A stretch of DNA of 64,000 nt from Flavobacteriales bacterium (GCA_038234075.1 JBBSUV010000001.1:93925-157924), one strand, 5' to 3'; positions 1 to 11,288 are shown, counted from the first letter of the stretch. The notes: a model not told the origin generated them from the sequence alone. Translations and numbers: made by a program.

Positions 1-491
1 ACAACGTTCACCGGATCGCATTTGGAGAACGGTTCGGTCAGCTGGCCGGTGACCACGAGCACACGTGCCGTGTAGTTCGCGTTCAAGGGCATCGTCCAAC
101 CTTCCTTATCGATGTAGAAGCCGGTGCCGTCCGCGTTCACCACCCGTACGATCGGCTCCCGCTGGCGGGCTTTCACATGCAGCACACCGTCCATGGTGTG
201 GTAGACGTCCGCCTCGGCGACGCAGGGAATGGCCCGTAGGCGTTGTTCGATACCGGTCTCATCCACCTTGTCGATGGGCGTTCCGATGACGGGGCCGGCA
301 CCCTTGATCACTTCCAGCCGCAAGGCCTCGGTATCAATGAAATGCATGCCACTTCCCATGTCGATCTCCACAGCAATATCCCGCACAGGCGTGCTGCCGC
401 TGTTCTTCTCCACGAAGCCCAGCGCAGCGACCACAGCACAGCCAGCGAGGACTTTCGCCGCTATCCGCAGGATATGCTTCGTCTTGCTCAT
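1..491 (-). CDS. ftsQ: Cell division protein FtsQ (N-terminal part, runs off the window edge)
   Basis: Minus-strand ATG at 491..489 overlaps the murC stop (ATGA). The translation MSKTKHILRIAAKVLAGCAVVAALGF... has an N-terminal TM segment followed by a POTRA-like region. Its position after murC matches the dcw cluster order. The ORF track omits it because it is incomplete. Confidence 0.6.
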   Translation of the reverse strand, partial: MSKTKHILRIAAKVLAGCAVVAALGFVEKNSGSTPVRDIAVEIDMGSGMHFIDTEALRLEVIKGAGPVIGTPIDKVDETGIEQRLRAIPCVAEADVYHTMDGVLHVKARQREPIVRVVNADGTGFYIDKEGWTMPLNANYTARVLVVTGQLTEPFSKCDPVNV

Positions 492-1867
492 TCGTGACTG
501 TTGACCATTGCCGCAACTCCCGGTACCAGCCTATCGATATCACCGGCGCCAAGGGTGAGCAAGATGTCCACATTCCGGGCATCCAAAAGCGGCATCAGTT
601 GCTCCTTTGTGCACACCATCTTGTTAGTCAGCTTCACCTGATCGAGCAGCCACTGGGAGGTGATCCCGGGGATGGGCTCCTCCCGAGCAGGGTAGATCTC
701 CAGCAGAATAAGCTCGTCCAGCTGGGCCAGGCTGCGGGCGAAATCAGCAGCTAGATCACGTGTACGGCTGAAAAGATGTGGTTGAAAAATACCGGTGACC
801 TTACGCCCGGGAAAGAGCTCTTTCACGCTCCGGATGCAAGCGTCCAGCTCGGTGGGATGGTGGGCATAATCATCGATGTAGACGCTCTTTCCGGTCCGTG
901 CCCGCACCTCGAAACGGCGCCTTACGCCCTTGAAACCGGCCAGCCCCTTCCGCAATGCCTCGGGGTTTACACCCGCATGAAGGGCCATGGTCGCAGCGGC
1001 CACGGCATTCTCCACATTGTGCCTGCCCGGCATGCCCAGTGTGAGGTCGCGCAGCACATGGCCGGCCGCTACCAGATCGAAGTGGTAGGCCCCGTCGCGC
1101 ACCTCGACGTTCTCGGCATGCGGCCCTTCGGTCGCATCGATGGCGTACGGCCACACATCGCGAAGTACCGCGCCACTTTGCTGGAGCCGTGGCAATACGC
1201 TCCGGTGTACCAGCATGCGCCCGGTGACCAAGGCCGCGAAATCGGCATAGGCCGCATACATCGCCTCGGGTGTGCCATAGATATCCAAATGGTCCGGATC
1301 CATCGCTGTGATGATGGCCTCGTTCGGGTGCAGTGCCAAGAAGCTGCGATCGTACTCATCGGCCTCCACCACGTTCAGTTCTGCCTTGGAATTCAGCAGC
1401 ACGTTGGTGTCATAGTTCACGCTGATGCCGCCCAAGAAAGCATTGCACGGCACGCCGCCAGCGGTAAGCAGGTGTGCGAGCATGGTGCTGACGGTGGTCT
1501 TTCCATGCGTTCCAGCCACGGCCATGGTGCGGCGGTCCTTGGTCACCAAGCCCAACACCTCGCTCCGTTTCTTCACGGCCGCGCCACGCCCCAACCAGTA
1601 TGCGATCAACGGATTGCCCATCGGCACGGCGGGCGTGCGTACGACGAGGACCTTCGCCGGGTCGGCGTCGAGGAAATCCTCCGGAATGTGGCGGGGATCG
1701 GGATCATAGCTCACGTCGATCCCTTCCAGGGAAAGTTGTCCCGCGAGTTCGCTCGGGGTCTTGTCATAGCCGGCCACACGGGCACCTTGCCTGCTGAAAT
1801 AGCGCGCCAGGCCACTCATACCGATGCCACCGACACCTATGAAATAGAGGAATTCCGGACGTTCCAT
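488..1867 (-). CDS. murC: UDP-N-acetylmuramate--L-alanine ligase
   Basis: FIGVGGIGMSGLA N-terminal motif, GTHGKTT P-loop, Mur ligase architecture, dcw context. Confidence 0.92.
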   Translation of the reverse strand: MERPEFLYFIGVGGIGMSGLARYFSRQGARVAGYDKTPSELAGQLSLEGIDVSYDPDPRHIPEDFLDADPAKVLVVRTPAVPMGNPLIAYWLGRGAAVKKRSEVLGLVTKDRRTMAVAGTHGKTTVSTMLAHLLTAGGVPCNAFLGGISVNYDTNVLLNSKAELNVVEADEYDRSFLALHPNEAIITAMDPDHLDIYGTPEAMYAAYADFAALVTGRMLVHRSVLPRLQQSGAVLRDVWPYAIDATEGPHAENVEVRDGAYHFDLVAAGHVLRDLTLGMPGRHNVENAVAAATMALHAGVNPEALRKGLAGFKGVRRRFEVRARTGKSVYIDDYAHHPTELDACIRSVKELFPGRKVTGIFQPHLFSRTRDLAADFARSLAQLDELILLEIYPAREEPIPGITSQWLLDQVKLTNKMVCTKEQLMPLLDARNVDILLTLGAGDIDRLVPGVAAMVNSHE

Positions 1868-1868
1868 G

Positions 1869-3011
1869 TCAAGCGATGGCTTTGTTATCTAACGTTCCCG
1901 ACCGGCCAAGGCGTATCACTTCCGCAGCAATGGCCTCCGCCGCATTCTCCATACCCATGCTCTCCATGGCTGCGCGAAGGCGTTCGCGCTCCTTGGCATC
2001 CCCCACCAGACGGAGGATCTCCGAGCCCAGCTTGTCAACGGCCTCCGCATCCTTCACCAGTACAGCAGCGCCGCGGTCGGATAGCGAGCGTGCATTGCTC
2101 GTCTGATGATCTTCCGCAGCGGTGGGCAGCGGTATGAGTATGGAGGGCAGTCGCGTAAGGCAGAGCTCGCTCACGCTGATGGCGCCGGCCCGTGCCACGG
2201 CCACATCGGTCACCGCATAGGCAAGGTCCATCCGCGAGATGAACTCATGCACATGCGCATCGGCATAGCCGGCGTCCTTCACAGCCTGAAGGGCCTGCGC
2301 ATGGAACGGGGTACCGGTCTGCCAGATCAGTTGCACGCCTTTATCGCGCAGTTGTACCAAAGCCGCGGCTATGCCGAGGTTGATACCACGCGCTCCCAAA
2401 CTGCCGCCGGTGACGAGCACTACCGGAGCGTCCTCACGCAGGCTGAAATGTTCCATTCCTCTCGGACGTTTGCCGGTGAGGCGCACCATGTCCTGCCGTA
2501 CCGGATTGCCGGTGAGCCTGATCTTCTCCTTCGGGAAATAGCGTTCCATGGCGGGATACGCCACACAGATGATGTTGGCCCCTTTGGCCAGCATGCGGTT
2601 GGTGGCGCCGGCATGGCTGTTCTGCTCCTGCACGAGCGTGGGAACCTTCGCGCGTTGAGCGGCAGCAAGCAAGGGGCCACTTGCATAGCCTCCAACACCG
2701 ACAGCCACGTCCGGCTTGAACGTGCGCACGATGTCCCGTGCCATCCACATGCTCTTGATCACGCGCCATGGCAACCCCACATTCTTCCAGAGGGCGCTCC
2801 GTTGGAAACCGCGGATAGGCAGGCCGGTGATCTCGTATCCCGCGGCGGGCACCTTCTCCATCTCCATTTTCCCGATGGCGCCCACGAAGAGGAAACGGGT
2901 GCCCGGCTCCCTTTCCTTCACAGCATTCGCGATGGCGATGGCCGGGAAGATGTGCCCGCCCGTGCCGCCTCCGCTGATCAATATGTTAAGCGGCCGCTGC
3001 GACATGATCAC
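1869..3011 (-). CDS. murG: UDP-N-acetylglucosamine--N-acetylmuramyl-(pentapeptide) pyrophosphoryl-undecaprenol N-acetylglucosamine transferase
   Basis: ISGGGTGGHIFPA motif, glycosyltransferase family 28, dcw context. Confidence 0.92.
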   Translation of the reverse strand: MIMSQRPLNILISGGGTGGHIFPAIAIANAVKEREPGTRFLFVGAIGKMEMEKVPAAGYEITGLPIRGFQRSALWKNVGLPWRVIKSMWMARDIVRTFKPDVAVGVGGYASGPLLAAAQRAKVPTLVQEQNSHAGATNRMLAKGANIICVAYPAMERYFPKEKIRLTGNPVRQDMVRLTGKRPRGMEHFSLREDAPVVLVTGGSLGARGINLGIAAALVQLRDKGVQLIWQTGTPFHAQALQAVKDAGYADAHVHEFISRMDLAYAVTDVAVARAGAISVSELCLTRLPSILIPLPTAAEDHQTSNARSLSDRGAAVLVKDAEAVDKLGSEILRLVGDAKERERLRAAMESMGMENAAEAIAAEVIRLGRSGTLDNKAIA

Positions 3012-4182
3012 TGGAACGGGTGGTACTTGGCTTGCCGTCCTCCGGCTGGTCGTAAACGCTGCGGCTCACGCTGAGCATGATGCCAAGGGATAGGCAGGTG
3101 AACCACATGCTGGTGCCGCCCATGCTCACGAGCGGCAGGGGCTGGCCGGTCACTGGAACAAGGTTCACGGCAACGGCCATGTTCACCAACGCCTGTAGGA
3201 CCAAGCTGAGAGCCAGACCTACTGCGACCAGTGCCCCGAATCGTTTTTCACAGCGGTTGGCGATGCGCATGGCACGCGACAGCAGGATGAGGTAGAGCAA
3301 CAGCAATCCCAAGCCACCGATCACCGAGCCGTACTCCTCGATGATGAAAGCGTAGATCATGTCGCTTTCCGGGTGCGGCATGAAGTTGCGGGACGTGCCG
3401 GTGCCCGGTCCGTTGGGAAGGAAGCCGCCATGGACGATGGCGATCTTGGCGTTGTTCACTTGATAGTTCGCATCGCGGTCGTCCCCGCCGTGGGTCGTAA
3501 GGCGTGATTGCCACGTCTGCAAGCGCGGCAACAGTTCCGGATTGGCCTTGGAAAGCAGCAACAGGATACCGAACGCACCGACAGCGATACCCGCGACGGA
3601 GAGCATGTGCCGGATGGGCACCTGACCGATGAACATCACGATCATGCAGGTACCGAAGAGCAATGCGGCGGTGGAGAAGTTGGCGGGCAGGATGAAGCCG
3701 CACACCGCTCCCACCGGAAGGATCAATTTCAGGATCACCTCGCGGAAGCTCCACGGCTCCTCCCTTTGGCGGCCCAACACCCGGGCGAGGTAAACGATGA
3801 TGACCACGCGTGCGAGGTCACTGGTCTGGAAGGTGATGCCCACGCCGGGGATCGCCAACCAGCGTGATGCTCCGTTGACGTTGGAGCCGATCAACAAGGT
3901 GAGCAAAAGCAAGGCGATGGTGGCGCCGAGGAGCACTTGGGAGAGTTTGGAATAGACCGTGTACTTCAGCTTGCTGGCGCCATACATGATGCCGCCGCCC
4001 GCGGCCAGCATCAGGCCATGCTTCACCAGGATCCGGAAGGTCCCTCCATCATGGCGCCACCCCATCCACGAGGAGGCGCTGTACACCGCGAGCAGGCTGG
4101 TCACGCCCAGGAGCAACGCCACCATCCAGATGGTGCGATCGCCCTTGAGGTGATCATTGAAGAGGTGATTTATCCGGTCCAT
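2986..4182 (-). CDS. ftsW: SEDS family cell division protein FtsW (peptidoglycan polymerase/lipid II flippase)
   Basis: Multi-TM SEDS/FtsW-RodA family sequence. Located between murD and murG. Confidence 0.88.
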   Translation of the reverse strand: MDRINHLFNDHLKGDRTIWMVALLLGVTSLLAVYSASSWMGWRHDGGTFRILVKHGLMLAAGGGIMYGASKLKYTVYSKLSQVLLGATIALLLLTLLIGSNVNGASRWLAIPGVGITFQTSDLARVVIIVYLARVLGRQREEPWSFREVILKLILPVGAVCGFILPANFSTAALLFGTCMIVMFIGQVPIRHMLSVAGIAVGAFGILLLLSKANPELLPRLQTWQSRLTTHGGDDRDANYQVNNAKIAIVHGGFLPNGPGTGTSRNFMPHPESDMIYAFIIEEYGSVIGGLGLLLLYLILLSRAMRIANRCEKRFGALVAVGLALSLVLQALVNMAVAVNLVPVTGQPLPLVSMGGTSMWFTCLSLGIMLSVSRSVYDQPEDGKPSTTRSSDHVAAAA

Positions 4183-4196
4183 CGTCCTTTTTCCGA

Positions 4197-4694
4197 TCAG
4201 AGGTCCATCACGGCCCGTTTGAATTCCGCGCCGCGTTCGGCGTGGTTCGCGGTGCCATTCCCGCTGGAGCAGGCCGGGCTGAATAGCACCTTCCCGCCAT
4301 CCGTCGCCAGTTCCCGCGCGGCAAAGACGGCCGTGCGGAGATCATCCGCATTGTACACGCATCCCATTTCCGCATCCATGGCGTCCACGCGGTCCTGTTC
4401 CACTTTTCCGAAGAACACAGTGCCGTCCACATGTTCCATCATGAACTCCTTCATCCGTTCATCGATGGCCGTGATCATCGAGGCGTCCACCACCCACACC
4501 AACGGGCGCCCGAGATCCATGATGGAGAGCAGGGAGGCATCAAGGAAAGTGCTCCTGCTGTCATCCACGTACTCCACTCCCGCCACGGTGGCAATGGTGC
4601 GAAGGCTGTGCGGTCCTTGGCGCACTTCGCTCAGGCCGTTGTCGCGCATAGCGAGCAGCAGCCGTGCCAATTCCGATGTTCTCGTGCCTTCCAT
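4197..4694 (-). CDS. MurD C-terminal domain-like ORF, a diverged duplicate of the murD 3' end (possibly a pseudogene remnant)
   Basis: The translation GVEYVDDSRSTFLD...GKVLFSPACSSGNGTANHAERGAEFKRAVMDL aligns colinearly with the last ~150 aa of the adjacent MurD ([14 protein letters not shown]...[31 protein letters not shown]). The first internal Met (MEGTRTS) was chosen as start so the ORF does not overlap murD. Confidence 0.4.
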   Translation of the reverse strand: MEGTRTSELARLLLAMRDNGLSEVRQGPHSLRTIATVAGVEYVDDSRSTFLDASLLSIMDLGRPLVWVVDASMITAIDERMKEFMMEHVDGTVFFGKVEQDRVDAMDAEMGCVYNADDLRTAVFAARELATDGGKVLFSPACSSGNGTANHAERGAEFKRAVMDL

Positions 4695-4722
4695 TCCTTG
4701 GTCCTTTCCGGATCGATCCGGC

Positions 4723-6057
4723 TTAAAGTCCGCGCACGGCGGTCTTGAAGCGGCGGCCGCGGTCCTCGTAGTTCTCGAACAGGTCGAAGCTGGCGCAAGC
4801 GGGGCTGAGCAGCACCACATCACCGGGCTCGCTGAGTTCGTAGCTCGTGTTCACGGCTTGATCGGCGGACAGGACATCCACCATGTTCGTCACGATGTCG
4901 CCGAAGGCCTTGTGGATCTTCTCATTGTCCACGCCGAGGCAAACGATGGCCTTCACCTTCTGGCGCACGAGGTCACGCAGCTCGTTATAGTCGTTCCCCT
5001 TGTCCTGGCCTCCCATCACCCAGATCACCGGCTTCTCCATGCTCTCGAGCGCATACCATGTGCTGTTCACGTTGGTGGCCTTGGAATCATTGATGAACTC
5101 CACGCCGTTCACCATGCCCACGCGCTCCAAGCGGTGCTCCACGTTCTGGAAATCGCCCAGCGCCTCGCGGACCACGTCCTTTCGCACTTCCAGTACGCGC
5201 GCTGCGATGCCCGCCGCCAGGGAGTTGTAGACATTGTGCTTGCCTTGCAGGGCCAGTTCCAAGATGCTCATGTTGAAGGTTGTTTGGTTCGTGGTGATGT
5301 GGATGTTGTCGTTCTGGAGATACCCGCCTTGCTCGACCGGCACACGGATGGAAAAGGGCCATTGACAGGCCTTCACGCTGTGGCGCCGCATTCCCTCGCG
5401 GGTCTGCGGGTCATCGGCGCAGTAGATGAAATGGTCGCCCGCATCCTGGTTCATGGTGATGCGGAACTTGCTGTCCACGTAGTTCTCCATCCGGTTGCCG
5501 TAGCGGTCCAGATGGTCCGGCGTGATGTTGGTGAGCACGGCGATATGCGGCTTGAGGGTGCGCGTGCCGTCGAGTTGGAAACTGCTCAGCTCCAATACAT
5601 ACATAGGATGGCTTTCCTTCGCTACCAGTCCGGCGAAGGAGGTGCCGACGTTCCCTGCCAATCCGACGTCCATGCCGGCTTTCGAAAGGATGTGGTGCAC
5701 GAGCAGCGTGGTGGTGGTCTTTCCATTGCTGCCCGTGATGCCGATGATGGGCGCATTCACGTAGCGCACCGCGAATTCGATCTCTCCGATCACCGGTACA
5801 CCTTTATCGCGGAGTGCGCGAATGATGGAGGCCGTTTCCGGGATGCCCGGGCTCTTCACCACCTCATCCGCTTCAAGCACCGTTTTCACGGTGTGGCCGC
5901 CTTGCTCGTAGGGAATGCCCGCCTGGTCCAAACGCTTGCTGAAATCCTCCGGGATCAGGCCCGCATCGCTCACGAACACGGGGATACCCTGCTTCTTCGC
6001 GAGGAGCGCCGCCCCCACTCCGCTTTCCTGTGCACCGAGCACCACCAGCTTCTTCAT
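4723..6057 (-). CDS. murD: UDP-N-acetylmuramoylalanine--D-glutamate ligase
   Basis: [13 protein letters not shown]-loop, Mur ligase family, dcw position between mraY and ftsW. Confidence 0.92.
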   Translation of the reverse strand: MKKLVVLGAQESGVGAALLAKKQGIPVFVSDAGLIPEDFSKRLDQAGIPYEQGGHTVKTVLEADEVVKSPGIPETASIIRALRDKGVPVIGEIEFAVRYVNAPIIGITGSNGKTTTTLLVHHILSKAGMDVGLAGNVGTSFAGLVAKESHPMYVLELSSFQLDGTRTLKPHIAVLTNITPDHLDRYGNRMENYVDSKFRITMNQDAGDHFIYCADDPQTREGMRRHSVKACQWPFSIRVPVEQGGYLQNDNIHITTNQTTFNMSILELALQGKHNVYNSLAAGIAARVLEVRKDVVREALGDFQNVEHRLERVGMVNGVEFINDSKATNVNSTWYALESMEKPVIWVMGGQDKGNDYNELRDLVRQKVKAIVCLGVDNEKIHKAFGDIVTNMVDVLSADQAVNTSYELSEPGDVVLLSPACASFDLFENYEDRGRRFKTAVRGL

Positions 6058-7301
6058 CGCAGCTTGAGGGTTACAAGGGTGAGAACCGCGAGCATCACGC
6101 CCACGATCAGGAAACGGGTGACGATCTTGCTCTCGTGGTAGCCGAGCTTCTGGAAATGGTGGTGCAGGGGCGCCATCTTGAAGATGCGTCGACCTTCACC
6201 GTAGCGTTTGCGCGTGTATTTGAACCAAGAGACCTGCATCACCACGCTGAGGTTCTCCACGAGGAAAACACCGCAGAGCACGGGTATCAAGAGCTCCTTC
6301 CGGACCAGGATGGCGAGCACGGCGATGACACCGCCCAAGGCCAGGCTCCCGGTATCGCCCATGAAGACCTGAGCCGGGTAGGCGTTGTACCAGAGGAAGC
6401 CGATGCATGCGCCCAGCAAGGCGCCGATGAACACCACCAGCTCGCCGATGCCGGGGATGTACATCACATCCAAGTACTGCGCGAAGACGATGTTGCCACC
6501 GATGTAAGTGAGCACGCCCAGTGTTAGTACGATGATCGCGCTGGTGCCCGCCGCAAGCCCATCGATGCCGTCGGTGATGTTCGCCCCATTGCTCACCGCC
6601 GTGATGATGAAGACCACCACCAGCACATAGAGGATCCACGTGTATTTGCGCGCCTCGCGGCCGAAGAGGCCCATCACTGATGAATAGTTCAGCTCGTTGC
6701 CTTTCACGAAGGGAATGGTCGTGTTCGGCTGGCGGCGGTCCAGCAGGTAATGGACGTTGCCGTTCTCCTCGGTGAAGGAGGTGACCTCGTTCGCCTCGAA
6801 CTGCTCCGCGATCACCTGCGGTACTTCCACCTTGGTGCGAACGGCGGGATGGAAATAGACGGTGAGTCCGATCACCAATCCGATACCGATCTGTCCGATG
6901 ACCTTCGAGGTACCGGCGAGCCCGCGCTTGTCCTTCTTGAAGACCTTGATGTAATCGTCGATGAAACCGATGGTACCGAGCCACACGGTGGTCAGCAACA
7001 TCAGCAGGATGTAGATGTTATCCAGACGTGCGAAGAGCAGCGCCGGTATGATCGTTGCGGCGATGATGATGAGACCGCCCATCGTCGGCGTGCCCTGCTT
7101 TTCCACTTGCCCTTCCAGTCCGAGGTCGCGCACGGTCTCGCCAACCTGCATGCGCTGAAGGAGACGCAGGATGCCCTTGCCGAACCACAGCGTGATCACC
7201 AAGGAGAGGATGAGCGCCATGCCCGCCCGGAAGCTGATGTACTCGAAAACGCCGCTGCCGGGGATCGCGGGACCGAGCCAATGGAACAGGTGGTACAGCA
7301 T
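6054..7301 (-). CDS. mraY: Phospho-N-acetylmuramoyl-pentapeptide-transferase
   Basis: Polytopic membrane protein with MraY family motifs (DDxxD, NxxNxxDGIDGL). Follows murE. Confidence 0.92.
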   Translation of the reverse strand: MLYHLFHWLGPAIPGSGVFEYISFRAGMALILSLVITLWFGKGILRLLQRMQVGETVRDLGLEGQVEKQGTPTMGGLIIIAATIIPALLFARLDNIYILLMLLTTVWLGTIGFIDDYIKVFKKDKRGLAGTSKVIGQIGIGLVIGLTVYFHPAVRTKVEVPQVIAEQFEANEVTSFTEENGNVHYLLDRRQPNTTIPFVKGNELNYSSVMGLFGREARKYTWILYVLVVVFIITAVSNGANITDGIDGLAAGTSAIIVLTLGVLTYIGGNIVFAQYLDVMYIPGIGELVVFIGALLGACIGFLWYNAYPAQVFMGDTGSLALGGVIAVLAILVRKELLIPVLCGVFLVENLSVVMQVSWFKYTRKRYGEGRRIFKMAPLHHHFQKLGYHESKIVTRFLIVGVMLAVLTLVTLKLR

Positions 7302-8764
7302 TATTTCCGAAGCATTTCGAGGGTTTCCTTCAGCACCTCCACATCATCGAAATGATGGCGTTCGCCGCGCACTTCCTGGTAGTTCTCGTGACCCTTGCCG
7401 GCCACCAGCACCACGTCGCCGGGCGCGGCCATGGCCACTGCCTGTCGGATCGCCTCGCGCCGGTCCGTGTTCACGAAGGCTCTTGCCAGATCGGTGGACA
7501 GCAGTCCTTTGCGCATCTCCTCGATGATCGCCATCGGCTCCTCGTTCCGCGGGTTGTCGCTAGTGAGGATGATGTTGCGGCTGTTGTTCACCGCGATGGC
7601 TGCCATCAACGGGCGCTTGGTCCGGTCACGGTCGCCGCCGCAGCCCACCACGGTGATCACGTGCTCCCTATCGCCGCAGACCGCGCCGATGGTGGAGAGG
7701 ACATTCTTCAGTGCGTCCGGCGTGTGCGCATAATCCACGATGCCGATCACGCCGGTGGAACCGCGCACCACTTGGAAGCGGCCCGGCGGCGGCTCCAGGT
7801 CGCTCAATGCCGTAAGCACGTCCACCGGATCAAGACCGAGAAGGATAGCGGAGGAATAGACCGCCAAGAGGTTGCTGGCATTGAACTCGCCGACAAGCCG
7901 CGAGAACATCTCATGCCCGTCGATGTTGAGCTGCAGGCCAGTGAGCTGGTTCTCGATGATCCGCGCCTTGTGGTCGGCCATGTTGCGCACGGCGAAGGAG
8001 CGTTTAATGGCTTTGCTGTTCTGCACCATCACCGCACTGTGGGAATCGTCAGCGTTCACCAAGGCGTAGGCGTCCGCAGGAAGCCCGTCGAAGAAGGCCT
8101 TCTTCGCATGGATGTAAGCATCGAAGGTGCCGTGGTAGTCGAGGTGGTCGTGGGTGATGTTGGTGAACACGCCGAGCACGAAGCGAAGGCCGGCGATGCG
8201 CTCCTGGACGATGGCATGGCTACTCACCTCCATGAAGCAATGCGTGATGCCCGCCTCCACCATCTGCGCCAGCAGCTCATTCAGCCGTAGCGGATCCGGT
8301 GTGGTGTGCGTGGCGGGAACAACGGTGGCTCCGATACGGATCTCCACGGTGGAGAGCAGCCCGCTCTTATGGCCGAGCTTCCGGAAGAGCTTATACAGCA
8401 GCGTGGCCACACTGGTCTTTCCATTGGTGCCGGTGACGCCGATCAACTTCAGCTTCTGGTCCGGATGCTCATAGTAGTTGCCCGCCATGATGGCCAGCGC
8501 ATGCCGCGAATCCGCGACGCGCACATAGGTCACCCCTTCCTTCAGGTGCTTAGGAAGGTCCTCGCAGATGATGGCCGCGGCACCCTTTTCAATGACCGTC
8601 CCGATGAATTGGTGGCCATCACTCGCGGTACCGCGGATGGCGACAAAGGCGGTGAACGGAACCACCTCGCGGCTGTCGAATGCGACATGTTCGATGGCGG
8701 TGTTGGTGTCACCCACCACCTGCTCCAGCTGCGTTCTATAGAGTATGTCCTTGAGCAGTTTCAT
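7301..8764 (-). CDS. murE: UDP-N-acetylmuramoyl-L-alanyl-D-glutamate--2,6-diaminopimelate ligase
   Basis: [11 protein letters not shown]-loop and Mur ligase domains. Located between ftsI and mraY. Confidence 0.9.
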   Translation of the reverse strand: MKLLKDILYRTQLEQVVGDTNTAIEHVAFDSREVVPFTAFVAIRGTASDGHQFIGTVIEKGAAAIICEDLPKHLKEGVTYVRVADSRHALAIMAGNYYEHPDQKLKLIGVTGTNGKTSVATLLYKLFRKLGHKSGLLSTVEIRIGATVVPATHTTPDPLRLNELLAQMVEAGITHCFMEVSSHAIVQERIAGLRFVLGVFTNITHDHLDYHGTFDAYIHAKKAFFDGLPADAYALVNADDSHSAVMVQNSKAIKRSFAVRNMADHKARIIENQLTGLQLNIDGHEMFSRLVGEFNASNLLAVYSSAILLGLDPVDVLTALSDLEPPPGRFQVVRGSTGVIGIVDYAHTPDALKNVLSTIGAVCGDREHVITVVGCGGDRDRTKRPLMAAIAVNNSRNIILTSDNPRNEEPMAIIEEMRKGLLSTDLARAFVNTDRREAIRQAVAMAAPGDVVLVAGKGHENYQEVRGERHHFDDVEVLKETLEMLRK

Positions 8765-10875
8765 GTTACGAGCTCTAGGGTCACGGTGCTTCCTTTCACG
8801 GACCGGGTGCCAGGGGCGGGCGATTGGCGCTTCACCATCCCGCTGCCGGTCAGCCGCACGCGCAGACCATGGTTCTCCAGGATGTACATGGCGTCGCGAA
8901 GGCCCATCCCGATCACATTCGGCATCATGCCCGTCTCGTCCGAAGGCACTCCGCGGGTCCCGATCACCACGGTGCTATCGGTGGCTTGGGTGCTGGCCCA
9001 TTCACCTTCGCCCTGCACCTCGACGGGGATCTTCAGCGCATCCATCACCAGCAACAGATCGGCGCGATCCCCACCGAAGGTCACGGGTGCTTTGTACACC
9101 GTGTCCACCTGTGCGGTGAGCGTCTGCATTTCCAGGCGGTTGCTGTAGATCTTGTCCGCGATCTCGGTGAACACCGGCCCGGCCACCACGTTGCCATAGA
9201 CGCCGCGCATGCTGGGCGAGCTCACCACCACGATGCAGGTGTACTTGGGCGCCTGTGCCGGGAAGTAGCCGACGAAGGAGGCCTGGTAGCTCACGCCGTT
9301 CACCTTGTAGCCCGCTTTCTCCGAGGCGATCTGCGCCGTACCGGTCTTGCCGGCGATCTTGAAATGCGCACTGCGCAGGTTGGTGGCGGTACCGGAGTCC
9401 ACCACGGCTTCCAGCAACTTGCGGAGCTTCTGCAAAGTGGCATCGGTGCAGATACGCTCGTTCAGCGTTACCGGCGGGAAACGTTCCAACACCTTGCCAT
9501 CGCGGGAGACGGCACGCACGAACTGCGGTTGCACCATCCGCCCGTCATTGGCGATGGCATTGTAGAAGGTGAGCATCCGCAGGGGCGTCTCGCTCACTTC
9601 ATAGCCGATGCTCATCCACGGCAGGCTGATGCCGCTCCATAGTTTTTTGTCCTCCGGTCCGCGAAGCACAGGCAGTCCTTCACCGGGGATGTGAAGGCCC
9701 AACGTCGATCCGAAGCCCAAGCGGCGCAGGCCCTCCACGAAGCGCGCCGGGTCCTTCTTGTATGCCGAATCAATGGCCTGCGAAATGCCGGTGTTGCTGC
9801 TCACCTCCAAGGCGCGCCCCAGCGTGATGAAGCCCCATCCTCCCTCGTGGGAGTCCTTCATGATGCGGTCGTAGAACCTGCGCTTGCCGCCCCGGGTATC
9901 CACGATCTGGTCCGGGGATGCCCGTCCGTCGTCCATGGCCACCATCAATGCCGCCGTCTTGAACGTGCTGCCCGGCTCGGTGCTGGCACCCACGGCGTAG
10001 TTGTAATCCTCGGCGTAGGTGCTGTCGCTCTGCAGCGTGAGGTTGCTGATGGCCTTGATGTAGCCGGTCGCCGTCTCCATCACCACCACACAACCGTGGT
10101 GTGCGCCGTTCTTCTTCAACTGCGCGGCGAGCGCGGCATCGGCCACGTCCTGCAGGTTCATGTCGATGGTGGTGTGGATGTCACTTCCCGGCACCGGGTC
10201 CTGCCCTTCACCGCCGTCCACAGGCATCCATACGCCACCGGTGAGGCGCCTTTCCAAGCGCTTGCCGGTAATACCCTGGAGCCATTTGGCATAACCAGCT
10301 TCCAGCCCGATCGCCGTGCTGTCCTTCAACAAATAACCCACTGTCCGCGAGGCCAAGCGGCCGAACGGACGGATCCGCACCATGTGCTTATCGGCGATGA
10401 AGCCGCTCTTATGGCGACCCAAACGGAGCAGCGGCAAACGACGGAGTTCCTGCAATTGCTCATGATCGCAGCGTCGCTTCAGCAGGAAATAACGTTCTCC
10501 ACGGGCGTGCGCATCGATCAGGTCCCTGCGGTACTCCTGCATGGTGCGGTCGCCGAGGAGGTTGGCGAGGCCCCAGCTGAGCGAGTCGATGTTGGCGGCG
10601 AAAAGCGCATTGGTAAGCCCGTCGGCTTGCATGTCCATGCGGAGCTCATATTCGGGAACGCTGGTGGCCAGCAGGCGATCATCATCACTGAAGATGTGCC
10701 CGCGCTCGCTTTGGACGCTGCGCATGGCGGTGGCCACATTCACGGCTTTGGCGCGCCACTTGTCGCCCTCGGCGATCTGGATGGTGAAAAGCTTCACCGC
10801 GATGGCGGCGCCGAACAACATCAGCACGGCATACACCAAGGTGATGCGCAGGCGAAGGACTTTATCCTCGTTCAT
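8761..10875 (-). CDS. ftsI: Penicillin-binding protein (FtsI/PBP3-like transpeptidase)
   Basis: N-terminal TM, PBP dimerisation domain, transpeptidase motifs (STFK, SSN, KTGT). Follows ftsL. Confidence 0.9.
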   Translation of the reverse strand: MNEDKVLRLRITLVYAVLMLFGAAIAVKLFTIQIAEGDKWRAKAVNVATAMRSVQSERGHIFSDDDRLLATSVPEYELRMDMQADGLTNALFAANIDSLSWGLANLLGDRTMQEYRRDLIDAHARGERYFLLKRRCDHEQLQELRRLPLLRLGRHKSGFIADKHMVRIRPFGRLASRTVGYLLKDSTAIGLEAGYAKWLQGITGKRLERRLTGGVWMPVDGGEGQDPVPGSDIHTTIDMNLQDVADAALAAQLKKNGAHHGCVVVMETATGYIKAISNLTLQSDSTYAEDYNYAVGASTEPGSTFKTAALMVAMDDGRASPDQIVDTRGGKRRFYDRIMKDSHEGGWGFITLGRALEVSSNTGISQAIDSAYKKDPARFVEGLRRLGFGSTLGLHIPGEGLPVLRGPEDKKLWSGISLPWMSIGYEVSETPLRMLTFYNAIANDGRMVQPQFVRAVSRDGKVLERFPPVTLNERICTDATLQKLRKLLEAVVDSGTATNLRSAHFKIAGKTGTAQIASEKAGYKVNGVSYQASFVGYFPAQAPKYTCIVVVSSPSMRGVYGNVVAGPVFTEIADKIYSNRLEMQTLTAQVDTVYKAPVTFGGDRADLLLVMDALKIPVEVQGEGEWASTQATDSTVVIGTRGVPSDETGMMPNVIGMGLRDAMYILENHGLRVRLTGSGMVKRQSPAPGTRSVKGSTVTLELVT

Positions 10876-11288
10876 GGCCGCGTGCGTTGTGCCTCCATTT
10901 CCTTCTTGTCCACCGTCAGGCGCAGTGGCGGTTCCCTGCTTTCGCGCAGTCCCATGCCTCCTATATCATCGGCCACTTGGCTTTGGCGTTCGGCTTTTTC
11001 CAAATGGCTGCGGATGGTGATGTACTCGGAGCGCATCTCCTTCAGCTCGCCGCTGGTGCGATCCAGGTCGCGCACGGTGCGCTCGGTCCAATAGCCGTAG
11101 CCGATGTAGAAGAGCATGAGCCCGGCGATGAACAGCAGGAAAGGCATGTTGGCGAGCACTTTCTCACGCGTGAGGAAACTGCCGTTCAGCACGTTCACCA
11201 GACCACGCGAGAAGGTGCGCCTGCCCTTGGCCTGCGGAGCCTTGGCCTTGGCCTTCTTCTCCGGTGCTATTTCCTTGACCTTATTCAC
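10872..11288 (-). CDS. ftsL: Cell division protein FtsL (Bacteroidota type)
   Basis: Small bitopic protein with one TM plus a coiled-coil region, located between rsmH and ftsI. Confidence 0.75.
   Translation of the reverse strand: MNKVKEIAPEKKAKAKAPQAKGRRTFSRGLVNVLNGSFLTREKVLANMPFLLFIAGLMLFYIGYGYWTERTVRDLDRTSGELKEMRSEYITIRSHLEKAERQSQVADDIGGMGLRESREPPLRLTVDKKEMEAQRTRP

Noticed and set aside
776-2137. Long plus-strand ORFs antisense to dcw genes (776-2137, 2106-3074, 3937-6141, 7352-8290, 9691-11094, 11339-12412).
   Set aside because: These are typical spurious open frames on the opposite strand of genuine genes in high-GC DNA. They have no recognisable protein families, while the minus-strand products are unambiguous Mur/Fts proteins.
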